Source: a virus (lineage: Duplodnaviria > Caudoviricetes). From it: a stretch of 44,361 nt of DNA. Within the stretch, counting starts at the first letter, position 1, and each line of letters begins with the position of its first letter. The position numbers were made by a program, and so were the translations under genes. The notes below the pieces were generated by a model. That model was given only the letters and a program-made list of their open reading frames with translations. It was not told the origin of the DNA and did not search any database. The DNA is taken from positions 1-44,361 of IMG/VR virus record IMGVR_UViG_3300012940_000010; one strand, given 5' to 3'. Below, piece after piece: positions 25,068 through 34,951 of the stretch.

Positions 25068-27209
25068 ATGGCGCTTTCCTTCATCTTCGATACGGGGAAG
25101 GGCGAAACCCCGCAAAGTGTTGCCCGCAAGCGCGCTCTTGCGGCCGCCATCATGAGCGGCATGGGGCCTCGCACCGCGAGAAATGCGAACGAAGGCATCG
25201 GCAATGCTCTTGCCTCAATCGGGCAGGGTATTCAGTCCAATGTGCTCAACCGCAGGGCGAATGCTGCCGAAACGGCGGGTCAGGATAGCGCGTCCTCGGC
25301 GCTGTCGTCGCTGTTCTTCCCGTCTGCGCCCGCCCCCGCCCCCGCCCCCGCCCTTGCGCCTTCCACGAGCGCGTCTGACTACGCTGATGCGCGTGTGGGG
25401 TCGGCGCATGGCGATAGCGCGGAAACGATCATGAAGGGCCTGATGGATCGCGGTATGCCGGAGCATATCGCGCGGGGCTTCGTCATGAACTTCCGTGACG
25501 AAAGCAATCTCAATCCCGGCATCAACGAACAGAACCCGATTGTCCCCGGCTCGCGCGGGGGCTTTGGCCTTGCGCAGTGGACTGGCCCGCGTCGCAAGGC
25601 ATTGGAGGCGTATGCTGCTGAACGTGGTGTTCCTGCTTCTGATCTGGACACGCAGCTTGACTTCCTCATGACCGAGCTTCAGGGTCCGGAATCGTCTGCA
25701 TGGGAGGCTATTCAGGCATCCGCCGATCCCGGCAGCGCCGCCGCAGCCATCGTCAACAATTTCCTTCGTCCCGCAGAGGAACACAGGGCAAGGCGTGAAG
25801 CGCGCTATCGTTCTTCGGGCGGTTCTACTCCGCCTGCCGTCGATGCTGTCAACGCGCTTGCCGGTGGCGGAGACACAATTGCACTGCCGGAAATCGCCGT
25901 CAACGCTACTGCGCCCAACCCTTACGCGAGCGTGGGCGTTACCGATGACCAGTTCGCCGGTATGCAGGCGGGGACTCCTGCGCCTCCTATGCCTATGTCG
26001 GGGCAGCAGCCAGCGCCGCCTATGGAAAACAGCCGTAATGTTGGCCCTTCCGTTCCTGGCGGGGGTGCGCCGAAAGCCAATGCCAGCACCCTCGGGCTGC
26101 CTGAAACGGCGGCGCAAGGGACGGTTATGCGCGGCAAAGACGGTCAGGTCTACCAGTATGCGCAGTTGAACGGCGCGGACGATGGGTCGGGGCGCGGTGA
26201 TTGGGGTTGGATACGCGCCAATCCTTCCGTTGTCGGCGCTCCCGTCAATGCGTCTGGCGGCATGGACCCATCCAGACCTGAAACTATACCACCGATGGCT
26301 GGCGGTTCCATGGGTGCATCTTCCATGGGGTCCGGTCCCTCGCTTCAGCAGCTTGCGCAGGCGGCTTCCAACCCGTGGCTGAACGACCAGCAGCGCGCCA
26401 TCATCAACCAGATGCTTGAACAGAAGCTCCAGCAGAACGATCCAGCGCACCAGCTTGATATGGAATACCGCCGCGCGCAGATCGACAAGATGCGCCGCGA
26501 GGCTGCCACTGGCGGCAACGAGGTTTACGGGACTCCCATTTATGGCCGCGATGCCGAGGGAAACATGGTCCTCGGGGCCATTGGCAAGGATGGCACATTC
26601 AAGAGGCTTGACACAGGCGGCGTTGACGTAACCCCCGGCGTAACATGGCAGGACTTCGGCACCTACCGTCAGGCTTTCGACAACAAGTCCGGGCAAGCCA
26701 TTGGTGGACCTGTCCGAAAGGAAAACTATCAGGAAGCGTTCGACACGGGCGCTGGTAGCGCGGCAGGCAAGGCGCAGGCCGAAGCGGCGGCGACTCTCCC
26801 AACAGACCTTGCCACGGCAGAGCAGGCCGTTTCCGAACTGGATGAGCTCATTGCTCATCCCGGACTGTCGCAGATAGCTGGTCCGCTTGATCAATATCGC
26901 CCGTCATGGACCATGGGGGCCGAAGGCCGCGATGCACTCGCGAGGTTCAATCAGGCGCGCGGCAGGGCATTCTTGCAGGCTTTCGGCATGCTCAAGGGCG
27001 GCGGTCAGATTACCGAGATCGAGGGCATGAAGGCCGAACAGGCTATGGCCCGCATGGATCGGGCACAAAGCGAAGCCGAATTCAAGCAGGCCCTTACCGA
27101 CTTCCGTGATGCCGTTAAAGCGGGCATGGACAAGCTACGCCAGAGGGCAGGTCAGTCTTCCGGTGCCTCTACTCCGACCGATTACAAATCCAAGTATGGG
27201 CTTGATTGA
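25068..27209 (+). CDS. internal virion protein with phage tail lysozyme domain
   Basis: ARGFVMNFRDESNLNPGINE...GFGLAQWTGPRRKAL...QLDFLMTEL. Confidence 0.85.
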   Translation: MALSFIFDTGKGETPQSVARKRALAAAIMSGMGPRTARNANEGIGNALASIGQGIQSNVLNRRANAAETAGQDSASSALSSLFFPSAPAPAPAPALAPSTSASDYADARVGSAHGDSAETIMKGLMDRGMPEHIARGFVMNFRDESNLNPGINEQNPIVPGSRGGFGLAQWTGPRRKALEAYAAERGVPASDLDTQLDFLMTELQGPESSAWEAIQASADPGSAAAAIVNNFLRPAEEHRARREARYRSSGGSTPPAVDAVNALAGGGDTIALPEIAVNATAPNPYASVGVTDDQFAGMQAGTPAPPMPMSGQQPAPPMENSRNVGPSVPGGGAPKANASTLGLPETAAQGTVMRGKDGQVYQYAQLNGADDGSGRGDWGWIRANPSVVGAPVNASGGMDPSRPETIPPMAGGSMGASSMGSGPSLQQLAQAASNPWLNDQQRAIINQMLEQKLQQNDPAHQLDMEYRRAQIDKMRREAATGGNEVYGTPIYGRDAEGNMVLGAIGKDGTFKRLDTGGVDVTPGVTWQDFGTYRQAFDNKSGQAIGGPVRKENYQEAFDTGAGSAAGKAQAEAAATLPTDLATAEQAVSELDELIAHPGLSQIAGPLDQYRPSWTMGAEGRDALARFNQARGRAFLQAFGMLKGGGQITEIEGMKAEQAMARMDRAQSEAEFKQALTDFRDAVKAGMDKLRQRAGQSSGASTPTDYKSKYGLD

Positions 27210-28972
27210 TGGCTGACCTGGCGCGCATCAAGAACAATGTTCGCAAGATGGTGGAGCAAAACGCCCCCGAAGCGGACATTGACGGCTATATCGCGTCGGA
27301 AGGCGTGACCCTGGATGATGTGCGCAATTTCAGGACGGATCGTGGGCATACCGGCGTTCCCGAGTTCCGGCCTGTCGGCGTAGAGGGCTACAATCCCGAG
27401 ACCGGCGAAGTCGAACCGCAGTTCAGCCGTGCAGGCTCTGCCGTTGCAGGCGCGGCAGATATTGGCTCGTTTGGCTTCGGTGACGAGATAGCTTCCTATA
27501 TCGGAAGTTGGATCTCAGGCGATCCTCGTGAGCAGGTTCTGGAAGAGATAAGGGGCAACCAGCAAGCCGCGCAGGAACAGAACCCCGGCTCGTATCTCGC
27601 GGGGCAGATTGCCGGTGGTCTCGGTCAGGTTGCGGCTACGGGCGGCGCGGGCTTCGGCCCCGCAATGGCTCGTGGCGGCGCTGGGCTTGGCAGAGTCGCC
27701 CTCGGCAGCGCTGCGGATGGTGCTATTTACGGCGCTGGTTACGGTGCCGGAAGTGCAAATGGCGATATCAAGGATAGGCTTGCAGGCGCAATCATGGGGG
27801 CAGGGATCGGAGGCGCGACGGGCGCTGTTCTCCCCGCCGTCACGGCTGGCGCTTCAAAAGCCGCTCGTACTGCCGTTACTCCCTTCCGCACTTCTCCTGA
27901 ACGTGTCGCGGCAGCCGACACGTTGCGCGCAGAGGGCGTTCCTGTCACGGCAGGCCAATTGACCGGCAGTCGCGGTCTTCGTTTTTCGGAGTCCGAGCTG
28001 GGCGGGCGCAAGGCAGCCAACATCATGGATGAGCAGGCTGACGCGTTTACGTCTGCCGTTTTGCGCCGCGCTGGTATCGATTCTAACCGTGCCACGCCCG
28101 AAGTGCTGGATAACGCCTTCACCTCCATAGGACAGCGCTTTGACGATCTGGCGGCAAGCAACAGCCTCACGCCCGATCAGCCGATGATGGCTGAACTGCG
28201 CACTGTGTTTAACGAATACGGCCAGACCGTACCGGAAAGCATGCGCGCGCCCATCGTGGAGAACCTGACGCGGGATATCGTAGCTGCCGCTCGGAGAGGT
28301 CCGATCTCGGGAGCATCCTATCAGAACCTTACGTCTCGCATCGCGAAGGCGGCGCGTGGCGCTTCCAATCCTGACTTGAAGGGGGCGCTCTACGGCATCC
28401 GCGAGGCGCTGGATAATGCCATGGAGCGCAGCATTGCCACGAACAATCCGGCGCAGGCCGGTGCGTGGCGTCAGGCGCGCGAGCAGTATCGTAACCTCCT
28501 TGCTATAGAGCAGGCCGCTACGAGGGCAGGCGAGGGCGCGGCGGAAGGCATTATTTCCCCAGCCAACATCCGCAATGCTGCCGTCAACCAGGGCCGCAGG
28601 GCTTACGCTCGTGGGCAGGGCGATTTTGCCGATCTTGCCCGCTCCGGTTCGATGCTTCTATCTCCGCTCCCTGACAGTGGTACGGCTGGACGGCTCAAGG
28701 CGCAGAACCTAGCCGCTCTTGGCCCTATGGTTGGCGGTGCAATCGTCGGCGGAGGGGCAGGTGCATACCAGCAGGGCGATATGACAGGTGCACTTGTCGG
28801 TGCTGGGCTTGGCGCTATGGCCCCCCGAGCAGCCGGAAGTGCACTCATGTCGCGGCCAGTGCAGCGATACTTAAGCAATCAGACCGTGCAGAGCGGAAGC
28901 AACCCCATTCGAGAGGCTATTGCGGCTGCGCTGCTCAGAGGCGGTACGTTACCGGCAATCCAGGGCCGTTAA
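27209..28972 (+). CDS. internal virion / DNA ejection protein
   Basis: Ala/Gly-rich hydrophobic segments; last of three ejection genes. Confidence 0.75.
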   Translation: MADLARIKNNVRKMVEQNAPEADIDGYIASEGVTLDDVRNFRTDRGHTGVPEFRPVGVEGYNPETGEVEPQFSRAGSAVAGAADIGSFGFGDEIASYIGSWISGDPREQVLEEIRGNQQAAQEQNPGSYLAGQIAGGLGQVAATGGAGFGPAMARGGAGLGRVALGSAADGAIYGAGYGAGSANGDIKDRLAGAIMGAGIGGATGAVLPAVTAGASKAARTAVTPFRTSPERVAAADTLRAEGVPVTAGQLTGSRGLRFSESELGGRKAANIMDEQADAFTSAVLRRAGIDSNRATPEVLDNAFTSIGQRFDDLAASNSLTPDQPMMAELRTVFNEYGQTVPESMRAPIVENLTRDIVAAARRGPISGASYQNLTSRIAKAARGASNPDLKGALYGIREALDNAMERSIATNNPAQAGAWRQAREQYRNLLAIEQAATRAGEGAAEGIISPANIRNAAVNQGRRAYARGQGDFADLARSGSMLLSPLPDSGTAGRLKAQNLAALGPMVGGAIVGGGAGAYQQGDMTGALVGAGLGAMAPRAAGSALMSRPVQRYLSNQTVQSGSNPIREAIAAALLRGGTLPAIQGR

Positions 28973-29190
28973 CGCATCCACTTCGGGACTTTGTTCCCGG
29001 TTATGTCAATAGACCAGATTGCAATGAATGCCCCGGTCCAAACGCCGAGGGCAACGGTTCCCCAATTCAGAATGTCGAGCATGAGCGTCCCTGTCCAAAG
29101 AAGGGCAAGGAGCGCGAAGTTCGCCCAATAGACGGCATAGCCAGTCCGGTCACGCGGCGGCTCTTCCGGGTCGTGTTCGATCAACTGCAT
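28969..29190 (-). CDS. antisense two-TM membrane protein (73 aa), superinfection-exclusion candidate
   Basis: MQLIEHDPEEPPRDRTGYAVYWANFALLALLWTGTLMLDILNWGTVALGVWTGAFIAIWSIDITGNKVPKWMR fills the gap between ejection and fibre genes. Confidence 0.6.
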   Translation of the reverse strand: MQLIEHDPEEPPRDRTGYAVYWANFALLALLWTGTLMLDILNWGTVALGVWTGAFIAIWSIDITGNKVPKWMR

Positions 29191-29224
29191 CCCACCACTA
29201 TGACGTTTCCATGAGGGATAATCA

Positions 29225-30235
29225 ATGCCTCGTAACTCCCAAGCTGTATATACGCTGCCTTCGGGAACGCTCGTCAATTCCGGCGATACGATCCTGCCAA
29301 GCCAGCACAACCCTGCAATGGAGGATATAGCGGACGCCCTGACGGGTTCGCTTGCCCGGAACGGCGCGGGCGGGATGCAAGACGATCTGCCGATGAACGG
29401 CAACCGGATCACCGGCCTTGCCGATGGCGTGGAGAACGACGACGCGGCCACCGTGGGGCAGGTTCTGGCCGCTGGTAGCGTTCAGGACGCCATCAACCTT
29501 TCAGATGTCAAGGCAACGCCGGTTGACGCTGACCGCTTCGTGATGACCGACAGTGAAGCGAGCTTTGTCACGCGGCGGCTGACGTGGGCCAATATCAAGG
29601 CTGCACTCAAGTCATACTTTGACTCCATTTATGTTCCTGTCGGGCGGACGATCACGACCGGAACGGGCCTGTCGGGCGGCGGGCACCTCGGCGCAAACCG
29701 GGAGATCTCGGCAATAATCGCCTCTCAGGCGCAGGCACAGGCCGGATCGAACAACACCACGCTGATGACCCCGCTGCGTGTCGCGCAGGCGATCAACTCG
29801 CTCGCCGTTACCAACTCTCTCCTTGGCATAAAGGCTTATACGTCCAGCGCCACATATAGCCCGACAAGCGGGACGAACAGGGCGCTGGTCATCTGCACGG
29901 GTGGCGGCGCGGCGGGCTCTTCGGACCTTGGCAGCACTCCGTATTCTGGCGGGACGGTCATCGCTTACGCGACGATCAGCGGCAACGTCTCTGTCACGGT
30001 CGGCGCGGGTGCTGCTGCACCTCAAAACGGCGTCAACAATGGCGGGAATACATCTTTCGGCTCGGTCTGTACGGCGCTCGGCGGCGCATCCAACTCGCGC
30101 AGCGGAACGGGCGGAGTTCTTCGCATCAACGGCGGTCGGGACGGTTCGTTTTGGGGAGGCAACCCTGCATACGGCGCAAGCTCGCAAGGCACTTCGTCTG
30201 AGGGCGGTGTGTGCCTCGTGGTGGAGTTCGCATGA
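29225..30235 (+). CDS. tail fibre 1 (virion-anchoring N-terminus, Gly-rich C-terminal domain)
   Basis: MPRN...DIADALTGSLARNG...MNGNRITGLADG..DDAAT anchor; GGG-rich C-terminus. Confidence 0.8.
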   Translation: MPRNSQAVYTLPSGTLVNSGDTILPSQHNPAMEDIADALTGSLARNGAGGMQDDLPMNGNRITGLADGVENDDAATVGQVLAAGSVQDAINLSDVKATPVDADRFVMTDSEASFVTRRLTWANIKAALKSYFDSIYVPVGRTITTGTGLSGGGHLGANREISAIIASQAQAQAGSNNTTLMTPLRVAQAINSLAVTNSLLGIKAYTSSATYSPTSGTNRALVICTGGGAAGSSDLGSTPYSGGTVIAYATISGNVSVTVGAGAAAPQNGVNNGGNTSFGSVCTALGGASNSRSGTGGVLRINGGRDGSFWGGNPAYGASSQGTSSEGGVCLVVEFA

Positions 30236-30543
30236 TGTCTGATTGCTCCATCACATCCACCCTCGGCTCCTGCATCGATCTGGAAATCGTCTACCAGGAC
30301 GATGCAGGAACGCCAGAAGACATCACCGACAACACCTTCGACATTTACAGCGCATCGCGTCCCGCTTTGACGAACGCGGTCCTGACAATCACCGACGCCT
30401 CTGTCGGCAAGGTTCATTTCCACCTTGCCCCTGAGTTTTCCGCGAACCTCGCCAACGGGAATATCAACTGGTTCCGCATCCGCAGGACCAAGCCCGATGG
30501 CTGCGTTCAGGTTTCCGAACAGATTTGGATCAACATCGTATGA
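30232..30543 (+). CDS. small fibre-attachment (BppU-like) protein
   Basis: [12 protein letters not shown]...[15 protein letters not shown] pattern between the two fibre genes. Confidence 0.55.
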   Translation: MMSDCSITSTLGSCIDLEIVYQDDAGTPEDITDNTFDIYSASRPALTNAVLTITDASVGKVHFHLAPEFSANLANGNINWFRIRRTKPDGCVQVSEQIWINIV

Positions 30544-32576
30544 CCGTCACCGTCGATAACAGGACGAGCAGGGTTGTCATCACGCCTGCGGGACCGCCTG
30601 CCCGTATTATTGTTGCAAGCAGGGGTGTTCCCGGCCCGCAGGGACCGGCAGGCCCGCAAGGACCAGAAGGCCCACAGGGACCGAAGGGCGATACTGGCCC
30701 TATGGACCCCGCCGTTTATGATCCCGAGGCCATCGGAGCGGATGCTTTCGCCCGTGCAAACCATACCGGAACGCAGTCCGCCGATACGATCACGGATGGC
30801 ACGACCAACAAGGTCTTTACGGCGACCGAGCAGACTAAGCTTGCAGGGATTGAGGAAGGGGCGGATGTAACGGCGGATGCCCTTGTTGCTGCGACCGACG
30901 CATCCGGCTTTGGCTTCGTCAACAGCGCCGGTCCCTTGGCCGACAGCGGCACGACCCTAGCGTCGGAAAGTGTCGTAAAGGCGTATGCTGATACGAAACA
31001 GCCTGCCGACGTCAACCTCACCGCGCTATCCTCCGGTACAACCACGCTCGGCACCACCGGCCTTTCCCTTCTTGGCGATGAGACGGCAGCGGATGCGCGT
31101 TCCACTCTTGGCCTCGGCACGGCTGCCACCCTTAATTCCGGCGATGCAAGCGGCAATCTGAAGGAGCTGAATGCGGATGGGGGGTTCGCTTTCTCGGGCG
31201 CGACCGGTCCAATCAACGCCAATACGACGATTACCGGAACCGGAACGACCGGGCTTTATGAGTTCAACCACGGACACTTCGGCGGACTGTTTGATGGGGC
31301 ACGCGCCCGGACGGTCTTCAATAATACGACAGATACCGGTCTATCTGCTGAGACCGGCCCCCGCTTTGCCGTCGCGATTTCACACGAAAGCGAAGGGAAT
31401 ACCAACTCTCTCGCGGGCAATACGCACTGCGGCTTATGGGTGTTTGGCGGCAAAAAAGACTGGCTTACAAACACCAATGAGGGCGACCACTCCGCCACCT
31501 ATTTCATGACACAGAATGGGCGCAAGGGTAATGGCGCGTCCATCAACATGGCGGCCTACAAGGTCTTTACCGGAGACACCGGCGTCGATGAAGGCGGGGC
31601 CATGTGCTTCGAGGGGGCCGGGGTCAAGGTCAACACATCGGGGGCCACGACCGACCAAGTCCAGATCTATGGCGGGTATGTGATGGACGGCGGTGCGGCG
31701 TCCGCAACTCACCCTCTGCATCAGAAGCTCGTTGGATTTTCTACTGAATACCAAGCAGGCACAAGCGGGTATGCCGCATTCGCTGCCATTTCCCGCGTCA
31801 ATGCGTCTGGCGCTCCCAAATGGGAGAACATTATCACAGCTCTGACCGACAGGAATGGCACAGAGTATTTCCGCATCACAGGCAATGGCCATACAGATGG
31901 GGCCGGTTTGGTTCAAGCCGGTGCTGGCTCAGTATCGCGGCCAGGAATATCGTTCCTTGCAAACCCCGGCGTTGGTATCTGGCGGCCCTCAACGAACAAT
32001 ATGGCCTTCTCTACCAACGGGGTGGAGCAGGCCCGTATTGATGCGTCAGGCAACCTCCTGGTGGGTACAAGCGCGGCTTTTATACCGACGGTCGGGACGC
32101 AGGACGGTTGGACCATACAGAAAACCGGAATCATTCACGCATCCACCTCTGGTGCATCCCTTCTCAACCTCCGTCGTCAAGTTAGCGACGGTTCCGTTGA
32201 GACGTTCTATAGGGATACAACAGCGGTAGGGTCGATATCCGTCACCGCTGCCGCAACAGCGTTTAACACCTCATCAGACGGGCGGCTGAAGACAAATCGT
32301 CTTCCCATTGAAAATTCCGGCACTGTAATAGACGCGATAGAGCCGGTTACGTTCGACTGGACGCACGTTGAAGGAGCGAAGGGCGTCGGTTTCATCGCGC
32401 AGGATTTGGCGCAAATCGTGCCGGAAGCTGTGACTGCCGGAGACGATGACCCGGAAATCGTATCCGAACAGTGGCAAGTGGATATGTCTAAGCTCGTTCC
32501 ATATCTCGTGGCTGAAATCAAGGCGTTGAGGGCAAGGGTGGCAGATCTGGAGGCTAGTGCACCCGCCTCTGCGTAA
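30540..32576 (+). CDS. tail fibre 2 / receptor-binding protein with collagen repeats and S74 intramolecular chaperone
   Basis: [27 protein letters not shown]; ARANHTGTQ; C-terminal TSSDGRLK...GFIAQDL..IVPEAV...coiled coil. Confidence 0.88.
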   Translation: MTVTVDNRTSRVVITPAGPPARIIVASRGVPGPQGPAGPQGPEGPQGPKGDTGPMDPAVYDPEAIGADAFARANHTGTQSADTITDGTTNKVFTATEQTKLAGIEEGADVTADALVAATDASGFGFVNSAGPLADSGTTLASESVVKAYADTKQPADVNLTALSSGTTTLGTTGLSLLGDETAADARSTLGLGTAATLNSGDASGNLKELNADGGFAFSGATGPINANTTITGTGTTGLYEFNHGHFGGLFDGARARTVFNNTTDTGLSAETGPRFAVAISHESEGNTNSLAGNTHCGLWVFGGKKDWLTNTNEGDHSATYFMTQNGRKGNGASINMAAYKVFTGDTGVDEGGAMCFEGAGVKVNTSGATTDQVQIYGGYVMDGGAASATHPLHQKLVGFSTEYQAGTSGYAAFAAISRVNASGAPKWENIITALTDRNGTEYFRITGNGHTDGAGLVQAGAGSVSRPGISFLANPGVGIWRPSTNNMAFSTNGVEQARIDASGNLLVGTSAAFIPTVGTQDGWTIQKTGIIHASTSGASLLNLRRQVSDGSVETFYRDTTAVGSISVTAAATAFNTSSDGRLKTNRLPIENSGTVIDAIEPVTFDWTHVEGAKGVGFIAQDLAQIVPEAVTAGDDDPEIVSEQWQVDMSKLVPYLVAEIKALRARVADLEASAPASA

Positions 32577-32886
32577 AAACCAGCGTCCTAGCGCTCATCA
32601 TCTGGTCTTCGTCAAGACTGACCGCCTCAACTGCATTCGTGAGCATTCCACCATCAAAGGCGATCTCTGTGCTGCCTGCGTATGTGCCCGTATCCAAATT
32701 CAGGTATTTGTCGCCTTGAAAAAGCTTTTGGGCGTCTTCTTTTGATCGGAAGACAAGCCTCGTTCTGAATCCTACGACCAGCGTGCTGCTGATAATCTCT
32801 TGCAGGATTTCGAGGGAACGGCTTGCGCTTACCTCAATCTGATCGTCGGGGATCAGTGGTTCGTCGTCGGGGCGGATTAAAGTCAT
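32554..32886 (-). CDS. hypothetical protein, second gene of an antisense moron
   Basis: 110 aa; ATGA-coupled to the sulfotransferase-like gene. Confidence 0.65.
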   Translation of the reverse strand: MTLIRPDDEPLIPDDQIEVSASRSLEILQEIISSTLVVGFRTRLVFRSKEDAQKLFQGDKYLNLDTGTYAGSTEIAFDGGMLTNAVEAVSLDEDQMMSARTLVFTQRRVH

Positions 32887-33785
32887 GGGAATAGGTCGTC
32901 TCTCTGGAAGAATTGCCTAGCGACACGGCGGTTTCCATCAGCATAGTCAGAACGCATTTTCTGCACAATGCGCCCCGGTAGGAACTCTGTCTTTCCATGC
33001 AGGTGCACGAGACCTCTATCTGCCGCTGCGGCGATCTTCTCGATAAGATGCATCGCACCTTGCTGTCCAAATTCCTCAGAGGCTTTTCGTAATATCACCA
33101 ACCACTCATTTGAGATGTTGTCGTTGACGCGCGGTGGCATTCCGTAGCCCGACAGGTCAGAGACGCCGATTGCGCCCATAAAGTCTTCTGCTAGGCCACT
33201 TTTAGACGGGAATGTGCGGACAATAAGGTTCTCATCTCCGAAGGTTCCTGCCCATCGGTTGACCAGTTCGTCGTAGAGCATGAGACGCGAATATTTTTCC
33301 TGCTTGAGGAAGGAAAAGAGGTTTTCGGGGGTCAGAATATCCTCAGAAAGCAGCCTTTCACTCCCCTGCATGAACAGAAGCTTGTTCCGCTGATTGTACA
33401 TGCTTTGCGCCCACGCAGCTTGCTCGCGCAGATAGATGACGACAGTCGCGGGGATACCGGCAAAAAACTCTCCGATTTGGGAAAGGTCCAACGAGCGTGA
33501 GAAGTCTTCTGCCGACAAGAGAACACGGTCGGACGACGTTTCAAGGAAGCGCCTAAGCGCGGCAAGCCCCTCTGGTGACATGGCTGGAAACGACGAGCGA
33601 AACCCGCCGAGCGCCCCGGCTATTGAATTGTGGTAGGAAACGCCGCTGAATTCGATCTCCTGAAACTCAGCGATGTGCGGATAAACGATCCCGTCCTGCG
33701 CAAGGCGCTCCTGGTTGTGGTGGAAGAAGTACTGGAGGGCACTCGTTCCAGTCTTTTGCATTCCGATGTGGAGAATAACGGGCAT
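32883..33785 (-). CDS. PAPS-dependent sulfotransferase-like (P-loop) protein
   Basis: 5'-PSB-like LHIGMQKTGTSALQ, LLSAEDF, and 3'-PB-like YLREQAAWAQSMYNQ (R-x7-S). Confidence 0.75.
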   Translation of the reverse strand: MPVILHIGMQKTGTSALQYFFHHNQERLAQDGIVYPHIAEFQEIEFSGVSYHNSIAGALGGFRSSFPAMSPEGLAALRRFLETSSDRVLLSAEDFSRSLDLSQIGEFFAGIPATVVIYLREQAAWAQSMYNQRNKLLFMQGSERLLSEDILTPENLFSFLKQEKYSRLMLYDELVNRWAGTFGDENLIVRTFPSKSGLAEDFMGAIGVSDLSGYGMPPRVNDNISNEWLVILRKASEEFGQQGAMHLIEKIAAAADRGLVHLHGKTEFLPGRIVQKMRSDYADGNRRVARQFFQRDDLFP

Positions 33786-33832
33786 CCGCAGCCTCTTGGA
33801 AGAACACGCCGCTCATTAGCCTAGCGCCATCC

Positions 33833-33870
33833 AAAAGAAAACCGCCTGAGTCAGGGCGATGCTCAGGCGG
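33833..33870 (-). terminator. Rho-independent terminator (possible 3' end of a small RNA)
   Basis: Minus strand CCGCCTGAG-N11-CTCAGGCGG-TTTTCTTTT. Confidence 0.7.
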
Positions 33871-33935
33871 CAAAGTCGGGTTGGTGTGAACCCCGACGTT
33901 AACCCATCACTCTCTCCCCTTCAAGGATCAAGTGC

Positions 33936-34139
33936 ATGCAGCGATCCCGGCTCGGCAGATGGTCTTGTCGCGTCAATAGCTGGCTTCCCGGTGCCCTTGA
34001 AGATGAGACCTTGTGCGCGCGGTTCTTTCGGACACGCGGGCCAGCATCGCGTTTGTGCCGCCTGATAGATCGGTTCTTGGGAGCCGATCACTGCCGCGAC
34101 GACCGTGAAAGCTGGCTGCGCCACTACGCCGACAATTAA
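33936..34139 (+). CDS. small conserved phage protein preceding the endolysin
   Basis: N...G..DETLCAR...CRLIDRF...DHC pattern seen before phage lysins. Confidence 0.6.
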   Translation: MQRSRLGRWSCRVNSWLPGALEDETLCARFFRTRGPASRLCRLIDRFLGADHCRDDRESWLRHYADN

Positions 34140-34150
34140 GGGAAATCGCT

Positions 34151-34774
34151 ATGGACTTAAACAGCGGCCACTGCCGGCTGATCATATCCGTTTGCCTCGC
34201 GAACGGCCTTCTGAGGAACCAAGCAGCGTATTGTCTCGCCACGTATGAGCATGAGACTGGCGGCGGCAAATGGCTCCGCGAGATATGGGGACCGACCCCT
34301 GTCCAGAAGCGCTACGAAGGGCGCAAAGACCTCGGCAACACGCAACCCGGCGATGGCAAGCGGTTCATGGGCCGTGGCTTCGTGATGATAACCGGACGCC
34401 GGAACTATGAAGATTGGTCGCGCCGTTTGGGCGTCGATCTCGTGTCCAACCCCAAGCTTGCCGAAAAGCCGGACATTGCCGCACAGATACTCGTCAAGGG
34501 CATGAAGCTCGGCACGTTCACCGGCAAGAAGCTCTCCGACTACGTGGACCTTAAAAGGTCCGACTTCAAGGGCGCGCGCAAGATCGTCAACGGCACCGAC
34601 AAGGCGTCCCTGATTGCCGGATACGCGAAGCAGTATGATGCGCTGCTCAAGGCCGAAGGCTACGGCGAAACCACCATCACCAAGAAGCCCGCAACCGAGG
34701 TCAAGGAATACAGCCTCATTCAGCGGCTTGTGACCGCAATCGTCAATCTCATCGCAAAACTGTTCCGTCGATAG
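34151..34774 (+). CDS. endolysin, glycoside hydrolase family 19
   Basis: AYCLATYEHETG, YEGRKDLGNTQPGDGKRFMGRGFVMITGRRNY, ARKIVNG. Confidence 0.9.
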   Translation: MDLNSGHCRLIISVCLANGLLRNQAAYCLATYEHETGGGKWLREIWGPTPVQKRYEGRKDLGNTQPGDGKRFMGRGFVMITGRRNYEDWSRRLGVDLVSNPKLAEKPDIAAQILVKGMKLGTFTGKKLSDYVDLKRSDFKGARKIVNGTDKASLIAGYAKQYDALLKAEGYGETTITKKPATEVKEYSLIQRLVTAIVNLIAKLFRR

Positions 34775-34785
34775 GAGTTTGCCAA

Positions 34786-34950
34786 ATGGCAAGATATCGC
34801 AAACTTTATGCCGCTCTGATCGGCGTGTCTGTCCTCGTGGCGCTCCGATACTTCGACATCGAGATAATGGGTCTCGATGCCGTGGTTCTGGATCTGATCA
34901 CGGCGGCTCTGACGGCTGTCGGGGTCTACGGCGTTCCAAACGAGCAGTAG
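34786..34950 (+). CDS. holin candidate (54 aa, 2 TM)
   Basis: MARYRKLYAALIGVSVLVALRYFDIEIMGLDAVVLDLITAALTAVGVYGVPNEQ; AGGAG SD; missing from the ORF track. Confidence 0.7.
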   Translation: MARYRKLYAALIGVSVLVALRYFDIEIMGLDAVVLDLITAALTAVGVYGVPNEQ

Positions 34951-34951
34951 C

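Noticed and set aside
25215-26894. 559-aa antisense ORF
   Set aside because: Lies fully opposite the lysozyme-bearing virion gene; shadow frame
30540-32576. Diversity-generating retroelement or invertase-switched tail fibre
   Set aside because: No reverse transcriptase, template repeat or serine invertase seen in the genome
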